Source: Vermamoeba vermiformis (lineage: Eukaryota). From it: a stretch of 64,000 nt of DNA. The notes under the pieces are model-generated. The model saw only the letters and a list, made by a program, of their open reading frames with translations. It searched no databases and had not been told where the DNA came from. The translations under genes were made by a program, and so were the position numbers. The stretch is taken from positions 1 through 64,000 of the forward strand of contig JBEWZL010000291.1 in NCBI GenBank assembly GCA_045837725.1. The letters are read 5' to 3'. Shown here one piece after another: positions 1-11,400 of the stretch (its first letter is position 1; the number at the start of each line of letters is the position of its first letter).

Positions 1-2
1 TA

Positions 3-1790
3 ATGTTTACTGCCTATCCGCCTTTATCGGAGGATGACATAGAACTAGCTCGGGCAAATAACCGAGAAGTATTCCCCGCCATGGGATCGCATGCTGATAG
101 TACGCAACAAACTATTGTTATTGCATTTGTATTTATTTTATCAATTAGATGACAAGTACTTGGGCAATGCAAGAGACGTTGTTGTGTTTACGGTCTCTGG
201 TTTCGTAGATCCAGATGAATTGGTGGCTAACTGTGATGCCCCACCGGGGTGGCGCTTTGTGGTGCAGGAGCGTTCGCAGACTGGGACTCGTGAGTGCGTT
301 ACCGTTTACGCAACAATTAATTTCTAATGCATTGTGCTTAGGGGATGTTGACATTCCGCTCGTGGACAATATGATGCTTTTACAACCAAAACGAATGCAA
401 TCATACTTGAAACATCGAGTAGTCGGTGTATATTCCAGATTTATACGTTGGGTGGCGACAATTCGTAATGTAGATGTAAACATTTACGAGTCCGAGAAAC
501 GCAACTGTGGTAAGCTGTTAATATTTGGTCTGTACTTCCACTAATTATTTTATAGAGGCAAATACAACTCTTGGTTATTCTTTGTCGACCTGGACAACCA
601 ACAAACAAAAGCTAATGCAGTGGAGGCGAGCACTGCGGCCTTCGACAAATGCCAAGAAACGAAAACTCTCGCGCAGTGGACTGGCTCGGAATACGGAACC
701 TATTAAGCCTTTGATTGATATATTTTTCCCCACCGGAGGTTGTTGGGCGTTTGCTCACTTGCTTTTGCACAACAATCAACTGTTGTATTGTGCGTCTTGC
801 AAAGTTTTGCTCATCGAGCAGTTGCATGAATGTGCCGTTGGTAAATCATGTATCTTCGGCCCGAGAAAACATCTTAAAGTAAGTGACAATCTTGACGTTT
901 AATCACTTCAATCAAAATAACGAAAGCTCAGGTTGGGGAGCTGTATTCCAAGTTCGATTTGGCCAAAGCAGAATTTACTGGTGGCTTAACAATAGACTCC
1001 TCCTTTAATGGCCTCAGTCAAATAGGTAATTCCAATTCTGCAAATTAAACGGCGCGATGGATTAATTCACTCCAGGTTGTACGTCGATGTTACTTCGGAA
1101 AAATTTCCCTGGTAATAATTGGAGTAATTGGCGCGAGGGGGTTATAACAGTTGGTGGGGCGGGCGGCACGATGATTGATGGCTCATTTGTCGTCAATCGC
1201 GGGGCAGATTCAGCAAGGAATGACATGGTGCGGCTCAATTGTTATCACTGTCTTCCTCTCGAAATTGCGGTTGAATATCAAGAAGATGTCTTCCAATTCA
1301 TCGGTAAGCAACTTTCGCACTGTGTCAATTTGTGTAATGATTCATTAGGCACGTGGTTTGTTCGTCGAGTGAACCTGGATGCATACACTGAATTCTCCGT
1401 CGAGCCGTTCTACACATTTGAGCTATTCAATCGTCATAAATTCCTACGCGAACACCCCTTGGCTCATTCAGTACCAACGATCAGTAAGAGGAGTCATTTT
1501 TATCATGCACTTTGTTGACACTGAGTTTCGCAGATCCATTGCTGGTCCAAGTTTGCGAATTGTACCAACGAGTTGCCGGTGTCGTGGATGAGTTAGAGTT
1601 AAGTGACGCAGGCGGGCTTGCTATGGCGACAATATTTGGCGAGCAGCCACTGGATCTGGTGCTACAGTACCTACAGCTCCATTATGAAGTGTTGCTTTGC
1701 TCGCTTGGACTTTTTGAAGTTCCTGAGTTCGATCCCAATGCATTCATTGCCGCTTTCAACCAGCTGAGTGATCTCGATGGAATTCCTTGA
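3..1790 (+). CDS. Multi-exon protein (possibly 5' partial) with a divergent SRA/YDG-like domain at ~851-1435
   Basis: Manual splicing of GT-AG introns gives an open frame including IFGPRKHLKVGELYSKFDLAKAEF…GCTSMLL…VITVGGAGG…RNDMVRLNCYHCLPLEI…FQFIGTWFVRRV…FYTFELFNR. This follows the SRA motif order (FG…VG; GAxSIv; YtGxGG; NxaL; PvRV; yrYDGlYxV; fxLxR). Confidence 0.6.
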
Positions 1791-2044
1791 AATAAATACT
1801 CACGTGCTTTTTCTGCAGTAATTCGCCATTTTCTGTTTTGAACCAGTTCGATGCTTATGTTGTTGCAAGATACCACCAATTGCCGGCCTTCAGTAGGGTA
1901 AATGAACCCGATCCTAATTTGTCATCGAATTTTCATATTTTTTATTTTACCTAAACGGCGAAAATCTCAATTAAATTTGGACGTTCTAGAGTAATTTACT
2001 ACATTTTTTAGCCAATACTAAGGTACTATTTTTTTTGGATGCAG

Positions 2045-5000
2045 ATGTCGCTTGTTCGTGTCTTTTCGGGTAAGGCTATGTTATTTGCGCTATTAAAAAT
2101 TTATTTTTAATGTGTCGTATCTTCAGACACCGATCTACAACGTTTTATAGCTTCTCCAAATGTCATGCAGTCGTTGATCCACTTCCACGAAACAAATGAG
2201 CGTGGTCTCTCAATGGGCGACATTCACTGGGTCTACGAAGCATATCACGGCAATATAGCAAAAGATGAATTTATTGCGATCATTAATAACATTTTAAAGT
2301 AAGAAAATTCGACGGTCGATCTGTCTTCTGTGCTAACAAATTTACAGCCAGCCAAAAAATAGAGGCAATTTTACTTCGCATAAGATAGGAAAGATACAAT
2401 TATATCCATTTGAATTTGAGGTAAGAATAATAATCTTGTGCAGTGTAATCCTAATTTTCTGCGATAGTCTCCGCTGTTTAAATTTGGGTTTGTTAACCCA
2501 AGTGTTCGTTGTTTTCTGCACGTATGCTTGGTACTTATTGCAAAGGTCCCGTGTCTACGGCAACTGTTTGAACAGTCAACTACCGAGATTGCAATGCTAG
2601 TCAACGAGTATTTACTCAAATTCATTGAACAAAGCCAACCGGTCGATGCTGCAGTTCTGTTTGAAAGACTAGCAACTACTCTCGCTATCAATTCTAATGT
2701 ACGAACAATTGTGCAAGCTGGACAACAAGACGCTACCCTATTGTTACAAGATTTGTTAAATTTGGTAGATTCGCGGCGAGAACTAGCTATCCAATTCAGT
2801 ACGGCGATATTTGATGAAAATTCTACCCAAGTGAACGACGGAAGAGTGGAGCAGATCAACTGTACGTATTGTTTTTGCGACACATAACTAATGTAGTACA
2901 GGGATCGACATCTACTTCAAGCCATCCGTTCAGAGTGTTCAACAAGGAATTGACGATTTTTTTGCTCCGGAAGTGGTAGAATATCAAGCAAAGGTAATTA
3001 TTATCAATGTTTGTTAACGAAGTACTCGATCTAATGATAAAAAGGATTGCCAATTACGCAAACAGGTGTTGAACCACCCAAAACTGTTATTGATTCGAAT
3101 CAATCGTTTCTCCGAGCTCGATGAACACAAGCAAGTTCGACGTTTGACAATCGAAACATCCGTTCACTTTGAAGGAACTTTGTACCTACTTTATGGTGTA
3201 ATTTGGCACGATGGAAAAACTCGCAATAATGGACATTATGGAGTTGTTGTCAACGAACGCTGTGCTTTACATTGGAACAATTATAATGATGCTAAAGTTA
3301 CACGGGTATGTTTTTTCCAACAAGCGATCTCGGACTAAATGTCAAGTAGGAGCGTGTTGCTATTCTTTCGCAGTTAAGCGGTGGTGTTCGCTCCGCCAGT
3401 GCAGTGGTTTACATTAAACAAGCCGAAGTCGGCATTCAATTTCCGTTGAAGACTGCCGTTCCTGCTTCCTGTACGATGCAAACAAGGAAACGTAAAATCA
3501 GTGTCGCTTGCGACCTGTTGGAAACAGAAGACAACTTAATTGCTCCTCCTAAAAAAAGTAAGTGCAACGCGGCTAATTTAATTCTAATGCACCGTTAAGA
3601 ACCCAAGCAATTGGAAAAAGGCCAACCAAAGCTTCAGACACCTTCGATAGATAAGGAGTGGCAGCTGCCAGACTCGCATATTGTTGTTAAGGCTGTAACC
3701 GACGATCTCCTTATGGTGGATAAAGTGGCACCGGGAAGCAAAATAGCTCTTGAGCAAATCAAGTGCATTTACAAAGTACGCTTCCATAATGTATGTATGC
3801 GAGATAATCGAATGGTTGTCTTATTTTGGCTAGGATCTATGGGAATGGCTCATCGATTGGAAAAATAAGAAGGTGCAAACAAATTGGATATGCGAGTCGG
3901 ACATTCGGGCAAATGCACTATTAATAATGAATAAGTACTTCCAATCTCCGCATGCACTATCCAATCAAGGTTGGCAAATACGAGATAAAACAAGTAAAGG
4001 TTTTGTTCGTACCTCCTTTTGTACGTTGGATAGCGGGCCCACCAATAAGCAGCCTATGACCAACACTAGCATCTTTTCGCGCTTTTTGCCTGGTACGTAT
4101 CATTCATTCGAGCGTTGAATATTCTCAGAATTAATGAATACCGCAGAGCAAACCCGTTTACAGATGGTCGAAGATATAAACCGTTATGCCAGTCTTTCAT
4201 TTTCTGAAGTTATGCAAGAACGAAAAACATGGCGTTTGAACAAAACTGCACAGCTCAAACTTTGGGCCGAGAAAATGCAACAAAAATACAAAGGTAAATA
4301 TTACATAAGCTAACGAGAAAACAAACATTCTGATCACAATTAGGATTGCTAACGGTACCAAGTTGGGTTTCAAACGTAAAGCATTTGGAAGAATATTTTA
4401 GTACCGAGTTTGAACCTTCCGAAGAAGACAAAGTTACTTTTCAAAAGCAAAGAACAAATTGGAAACCACTTACGCTGCCAGAATTTGATATATTCATTGC
4501 CATTGGGATCGCAAGTCGTTGTGTTAAAGGTCGTCGCCTCAGAGATTACTGGACTATCAAAGATCCCTTGTATGGCAACGAATGGATATCGTCAAAAATG
4601 GGCCGAGATCGATTCGAACAGATTATGCATTATTTCCACTTTGATATTGACAAAGTTACTCAAGAAGTAGCTCAACGATGCCAAAAAAATTGGTCTCCAT
4701 CTCAAAAAATTACCTTTGATGAAACCATCTTGCCGTTTTTGGGCCGCTTTTATGCCCGAGTAAGTACTTGTTATCGTTAGATAATACATTTTAACTAACG
4801 TAACTCAGCAATTCATTCCAAGCAAGCCACATCCAAACGGTGTCTTACTCTACTTGGCCGCCGATGAATCTTACTACATTTGGGACTTCGATATATTCTT
4901 GGGTCTATGTCTGCCTCCTAAATATCAGCTGTTAGAGCTAGCCGAGAAATTGAACAATCACAAGCCTGGCCACGTGATTATAACAGATAGCAAATGGGGT

Positions 5001-5915
5001 GCGGAAGAGACGGCTACTATTTTGGATGAACAAGGCATTAAATTCTTGTTGTCGGCAAAGAAAAATGCTCCTTCATATATATTTGGTACTTTGCAAAATC
5101 CTCTACAAGAACCAGGGCAACACTTGACGTTTGAAAAAGAAGGCACTGCTGGTCCGATTATTGCTCACTCTTTCCGCGATAACAATGCAATTATGAATCT
5201 CTATTCCAATTACGTCGATGGTTAGTTCAATATTAATCAAAGTGTTTATCTAATTTCATTGCAGCGTCATCAGCCGCAACAGATCTGTGTCAAGGAGTAC
5301 CGTCGACTGCAGTAAGCTTCTTATGCTTGCGTCATTAAGTTACTAATTTAGTTGTAAATGCAGAGTACAAAGCCACTTATTGTCCAAGAATACACAAAGA
5401 CCAAAGGATTTGTCGACGAGGCGGCAAGACAAATTCATACGTTTGATTGGCCGTTCAGATTAACAAAATGGACACAAGTAGTATGGGAAAATATTATAAA
5501 TATAATCACTTGGAATTCATACCAGTGCTATCGCTACTATAAGAAAGTTCAGAACAATGACGAAGATCAATTTCGAGATTTCTTGCAAATTTTAAAGGAT
5601 GAACTTAGTCAAGAGCAGTCTGCACGCAACAAGAAAAATGCATCTCCGTTAACTAGACACAGATCTCTCAGAACCCGAAGAATAATTGTCGCAAAAGATC
5701 TGAAATCAAAAAGTCTCTCTTCTCATGTGCGAGTTCAGAGCGAAGATGTCTTTGAAAGACGAGTCAATGGTTTTTGCCTAACGTGCAACCCACGTAAACG
5801 AAAGCAAATTAGCACAGTATGTTGGAAATGCAGCTCCGACAAAAAAAGACCAATTTTTCTGTGCAGTACTTGTAAGAACACACACAAACCCGTTTGTCGT
5901 AAGCTTAAACTATAG
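2045..5915 (+). CDS. USP (peptidase C19) - chromodomain - piggyBac transposase (DDE_Tnp_1_7-like) - Cys-rich domain fusion, ~1,100 aa, ~13 introns
   Basis: Continuous frame after removing short GT-AG introns (e.g. 2070-2126, 2299-2347, 2421-2467, 2862-2901, 2994-3044). USP motifs: GFVNPSVRCF, QQDATLLL, YLLYGVIWHDG…GHY…WNNYND. Chromo-like: EQIKCIYKVR…WEWLIDWKN…TNWICESDI. piggyBac motifs: MGRDRFEQI, FDET, QFIPSKPHPNG, ITDSKW, KPLIVQEY…GFVD, then a C-terminal CxxC…CxxC…CxxCxxxH. Confidence 0.85.
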
Positions 5916-5967
5916 AATTTGTTAACAAACTTGCTGTAGGTAGTATAATAAATACTGTTTGTAATAC

Positions 5968-6430
5968 ATCCGGCGTCTAAGGGTGAAGCCTTAGCGCCGC
6001 TACAATGAGAAAGTTACGCGCTGATTCTCGACGATGTGGGTCAGAGTATGGTCTGGAGGTCGTGTTGCCTCGGCAACACCACTGGTTCGGAACAGCACTC
6101 TCACTGGCACTGAGTTGGATGGGCTAGAAAGTGACTTGTCACTTGCCGTAGCGGACACTCTTTTGTTGTACGGTCTCCTTTATGGAGGGGTGTCGCCTTG
6201 ATGCCTGCGACCTTTCTATTGATGAATCACATGGTTTTGGTCGTGTCAGTCACCTCAACGTGACTTCGACACTTGGATGGGTTAGGGCCCGGCCAAATTC
6301 CTCCCTATGAATACATGTGCTTGCTCAACCAAGTATTGTATTGTGATTAATCATTTTTTATTAATAATACAAAGAAATGAGCTGGGGGAAGTGGATCGGA
6401 TCTGGGGCCGATCCGGATCTACTCAGGGGT
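5968..6430 (+). ncRNA. Candidate structured non-coding RNA (or structured 3' region) of the transposon
   Basis: GC-rich non-coding island with many nested stems whose non-canonical pairs are G-U on the + strand, plus a twice-repeated TTGGATGGGYTAG motif. No family recognised. Confidence 0.5.
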
Positions 6431-6550
6431 GTGGCGCACTGTCAATGGACATCACCCAACAAAATTGTACCTTTTTTTGTACTACAGTCTCTTCTGGCGA
6501 TTACCAAAAATCAACGGTCCTGAATTTTTGTATAATTTTTATCTAAAAAC

Positions 6551-6573
6551 ATTGGCCGGCTGAAAAGGGATAT
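6551..6573. repeat. Candidate right terminal inverted repeat plus ATAT target 4-mer
   Basis: …GGCTGAAAAGGG|ATAT. piggyBac-superfamily ends begin CCC, and Pokey-type ends begin CCCTTTT. The partner end is not in the window. Confidence 0.5.
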
Positions 6574-7737
6574 TTGTGCGTGCTTACCTGTGCTTCTTTC
6601 ATCGCACAAATACCCTCAATTTCATTGAGAATGCAAGTAGAAGTAACTAACGCGTCGCTTGGGCTTTGAGATAGCTGTGAAATGATGAGCATCGGAACCT
6701 GATCTTGATCCCAAAGACGACTTGTAAATCTTTACTTCAACGGCTCTGGCAATTGCGTGAATTAACTTAATGATACAGTATTTTGAAAGAAGGAACTTGT
6801 TGTGGGTGTCCAGAGCGAAGGTTTCGTAAAAAGAATTATTTTATCGCAACAACAAGAGAATTATGCATTCCTCGCCGAAATCAAATAAATTGTTATCTTA
6901 AGTTAATAATAAAAATAACTTATAGTTATATTCCGTAACCAACTACCACGTTAAATTTATTTTTTTTCGATAACACGACCACTTCAAGCATAGGCACAAT
7001 AGTAACAATATGTAAACAACTATTACTTCGCTATAGATATAGTAGACTTTGATTGGCTAGAAAGGTAAGTCCAAATCCAGATTCGTTTTTTAAGATCTTC
7101 AGTACTTCTTCCTATTACGAGTTCAATATACCTCCAAAAATTCGTATATATATTATTATTATTATGGATGAACCGATTAAGCAAATTGTTAGCAGAATAA
7201 TTAAATTGATTTTAATTAATTATGGTTCAAGCAGATCTCAACTCGTTCAAGTAATTTATCGATCCCGCTTCTAGATTTGCAGGCAAATTAATATATAAAT
7301 GGTACGCAATTACCTTGGCAGTGTTTGTTATCGATTAATCAGATCTGATCTGCTAGTGCGAACGCGAAGTTTGATATACCGAAGCTTATGAACCTGTGAA
7401 TGCTACAGCGGACTAAAATAAGGTAATTATATATATTAGCACTCATACCATACATTAACAAGCTGTTTAAGGACACAAAAACTTAGGGATCAGGATCGTC
7501 CTCATCACTCGTCAACTACTCATCAACATTATATCACGATAATATATATAATTAATTAACGCCACCAAGAGTTATAGTATCACACAGTGTTTGATCAAAA
7601 TCTAGTCATACAACAAATTTTTCCTGATATGCTGGATCTGCGACAGTCGAGTCACCAAATGATGTCATTATTTGTCAATTTAAACTTGTACAACCACTTG
7701 TTGTGATGTCTTACTTCTATGTAAATTGTTATGATGG

Positions 7738-8003
7738 CATGTTCCGCGTTGTGGTGTGACATGATCACAATAGTGACTGCAGATAATGCCTTGACGCAAA
7801 GTTGTCCAGGTGTAGGCCTAGGACTTCTGGGATGAGTCGGCTGATGCAGATTCATCATAATGATTCACCTGCTGAGTCTACAATTAAGTGACATGTTCCG
7901 TGTTGTGGCGTGACATGATCATGAAAATGACTGCAGAAGCTTTGACGCGAGGATGTCCAGGTGTAGGCCTAGGACTTCTGGGATGAGTCAGCCTATGCAG
8001 ATT
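7738..8003 (+). repeat. Two tandem ~113-bp copies (7738-7852, 7892-8003) of a structured non-coding unit
   Basis: Identical 36-nt core TGTCCAGGTGTAGGCCTAGGACTTCTGGGATGAGTC with diverged flanks. Intergenic. Confidence 0.9.
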
Positions 8004-8405
8004 TACTTAATTGACGATGGCTCAGGCTATTATTGAGTGATTTGGAGGAGTTTTATGAACGTCTACAATATAGACACTTAGTTGGTTAAGGAATATATAA
8101 TGTGATTTCTCTATTCTGCGCGAAACTAGATTCGATCCAACTCTCTTCATTCCTCATCGTGCAAATCGAACGAAACTCTTTCAATACGTCATATGCATGA
8201 TATACTTCTCCTCAGTTTGCAATTATTGGATTCACACGAGGGAGAACCCCAAAAAAAGCTTCTCTTTGATTTTGAGTGTCGATCGCGATCAAAATATTGA
8301 CGAATCCGATGCAATACCTTGCATATCAAAGATAAAGCCCGAAATATGATCGATCATACTAAATAAAAAATCAAATTTATTTACGTAAAGGAAAATAAGA
8401 GCAAA

Positions 8406-11400
8406 CTAACAATTATTATTCTGTATAATCATAACGACGCACTCGCGAGTGACATTCACTTCGGCTAATTCATAGTCTTCTTGAGCTTCATCTTGAGAAG
8501 ATTTGTCAAAGCGCGACTTTGTTGCATCGAACCACGGTTTGATTAATCGTTTGAGCAGTTCATTGTTCAAGTCGCCCGCTTCACTTTCCAATTCTTTTCT
8601 GAGCCAATCAAGTGCTACTTGACGGTCCATCTCGTCAGCAATTTCCAGCACGTCGAAGAAGTTACCAATCCAAGATATTGCTTGCGCTGCGTGAACGTCA
8701 TCTCCGATTCTCGCCAAGCAACACGCAGCGTTTAATGCGACTGAAAATCTGTCCTTCGGGTGCATACCAGTTTCCCACAGCATCGAGAAGATGTCCACAG
8801 CGTCCGTAAAGTATTTGGGGATCCCTTCGATCATACCAAGTTCATAAAGCAAGAATGCTCGCACCCACAGGGCCATGCTGTCGTCTTTCAATGGCTCCAA
8901 AGTGTTGTTTAAGTCTTGGCAAACAGCGCGTAGCTTCTTTTTTTCTTTTGTTGGCAGTGTTTGATCAAGGTTTTGGAGGTAGCGAATGACCGTATCTGCT
9001 AATAGCACGTGATACTTTCTATTGTTCAGCTGACGCCAATGATTGATAGTTCCTTTAAGCGACTTCCAAACATCTGCAATTGATTAGAATCATATTAGAA
9101 TGAGCAAAGTTCCCCTACCTATTTGACTCGATTGCTTTGGCGATGAAAAGAACAGGAACTTCGTGTAAATGACTTTGTAGATATCTGCGAATTCGGGGTT
9201 CTCAAAGTGAACTTCATCTAAGCGATTGCGTTCGGTTGGCTCTCGATTGCAAATTGTGGTCAAAAAGCTTAAGGTTTGCTCAACTCGATCAAGCTTGTAC
9301 TTCCACAAATCGCGTACGTCAACAAAATGTCGTTGCTCTATTCGTCTGGTCATCCAATCTATTACTTTCCAAAGTCGTTGCAGTGTCGCTTCGATCATTT
9401 GCGTATTATCTTGACCATCCAGGAAGTGTAGCGATAGGGCCAAATCAAAGTACTTGTAGGACCCAACTTTGGCGGCAGCAAACAGCTTCTTGTATTTCAC
9501 TGAATAATGCTTGGCATTGACGACGTTTGACTGCCACTTGTCGCGCTTTTTCGGTGATCCGCGAAGAAGCAGTTGGATTATTTTAGACTTGACTTCGTTG
9601 CCGTCAATAGGTGCTGATAATCCGTCAATCATGCTGTCCAACTGATCGAGGATGCTGTGCAAAAAGGGATTGCAAATGTCGCGACTTCGTAGAACAAAGA
9701 GCATAATCTCGAGGTTGGTAATCAAATCGTTCTCTGGATGGCGGAAGCTTTTAAGCAGACTCGCCTTCTCTGTGGAATATGACTTTTCCAGCTTTTGATA
9801 GATTGTCGAAACTCGCGAATCGCTTTCTGACACGGAGATGAAGTCCAGCAGGAGTAAGCAGTATTCTTCCTCGAAGCTGTCTCGTCGGTTCATCAAGTCC
9901 ATGAAGAATGGTAGCTTTTTGCCAGTACTTGGCAAGCACGCAGCAAACTTCGAAATTGCTTTGTTCAAGCGTTTCAAATCGCTCGGTGACGTCGTAATGA
10001 AGCTAACAATGTCACATTGAGTCTTCGGTGAGATGATGGTATTTTTTGGTAATGCCATTATTGCACGGAGTAAATCACCAAGAAGTCGCATTGTTGTTTG
10101 CACTGGTGCCAAATCAAAGAGGTCCTTCCATGTCTTGCGTTGTTGGGGGTGCCATTTCCACGCGTATGGAGCAATTCTTGGAGGGTTGGCCGTCTTTGTA
10201 AGCGGACCATAGTCATTGTGGTCGCTTTCATGCTTGCACACAAGCGTGTATTTGGGAAAGTAGAGAGAGTAGGCCAGAGACTTTAGGTCTTGCTTGTCAT
10301 CGGCTAAAAAGATGCTCATTTCGTTCGGTTTAGCTACTTCGTCACGGAATTCCATGCATGGAGGAAGGTGATGAAGCATCAACGTGAAGTAGTGCCATGA
10401 TGGTCGCATATCCCATGACATGATCATTGGTGGACCAAGTGGATAGACCAGAAGATCTTTTTCAATGCAGTAAGGTGGTGCGTAAAGGTTGTCCTTGTTC
10501 TGCTTGTCTCTTGCGACTCTATCGTGCAAGCTTATCCATCGAGTGATTTCCAAGTTGTAGGGGCACAAGTTGTGAACTTTGTTGTGGAACGACTTCGAGC
10601 CAAACTGCTTGCCGCCATAAGTCCAAACAATAACTTCATTCGACACTGATCTTTTGTCGACCACTTCTTGGTGACGCATTTCTGTTGCAATCATCATTCC
10701 AGCAAGAACTGCAATAGCTGATCCTGAATAGCCAACACCAGCGATGCGAATGACTTGAGGATTGTTCTCGTCTTTGGACTTGTTAACCCGTGGCTTGATC
10801 ATGTTATCGCCCTTGCCTCGGGTCAACGGATTGTAGAGGCGTCTTGCAATGGATAATGCAGCGTTGTACCATACGACTGGAACGCGATCATCTGTTGTAA
10901 TAGTAGTATGAAACTCTTCTAAATCCGCAGAAACAACATGTGCATAGTCTACAGTGTAGCTAAGTGGCAGGGGACGGATGTACCAATCTTGGGTGTTCCA
11001 AATAATGTTAAAAAATGATGATGAGCTCGGTTTGTCGTCGATCGCGTCGTAATTTGGTTTAAAGTACTTTGCGTCGCAGAGAACCAGTCCTTCAAGCTCC
11101 TTGATTTTTTGGGCGTTCTTCACGAGTGTTTCCCAGTCACTATTTGTTCTTGTCGTCCATTGCTGGAATACATCCTCGTAATTGTGATCTTCAATAGCAC
11201 CTCCTTGAGGAGCTTCATAGTGCGATAGCTGAACTTTTTGTCCATATTCCATTTCTGAACGACCGCGCTGATAAACAAGTGATACACGTGACTGCAACCA
11301 ATCAACAATATTCTGATTGTTCTTCACTTTTCGGTGTTGTCGAATGATCGATATCCAATGGACAATCTGATTCAACACTTGATTTGCAGCATCTATTGTG

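Larger units (their letters stand above)
1..6569 (+). mobile_element. piggyBac/Pokey-like DNA transposon, right portion (left end probably upstream of the window)
   Basis: Contains a piggyBac-type transposase gene. Candidate right terminus ATTGGCCGGCTGAAAAGGG (6551-6569; reverse complement CCCTTTTCAGCCGGCCAAT) is followed by the palindromic 4-mer ATAT. No matching left TIR is visible, so the extent is inferred. Confidence 0.6.

Noticed and set aside
1878-1902. AATTGCCGGCCTTCAGTAGGG as the partner TIR of the transposon
   Set aside because: Only loosely similar to 6551-6569, in the same rather than inverted orientation, and without a matching 4-bp flank.
6279-6287. Telomerase RNA (CCCTAACCC template-like 9-mer on the minus strand)
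   Set aside because: G-U pairing indicates the plus strand is the structured one, and a single 9-mer is weak evidence.
5968-6430. RNase P/MRP, group I/II intron or rRNA fragment
   Set aside because: GAGAAAGTT resembles CR-I, but I found no complementary CR-V/P4, no group I P7 or group II domain V, and no recognisable rRNA sequence.
7738-8003. CRISPR array or hammerhead ribozyme
   Set aside because: Only two units, with homologous rather than unique intervening sequence, in a eukaryotic context with no cas genes. No CUGANGA/GAAA core.
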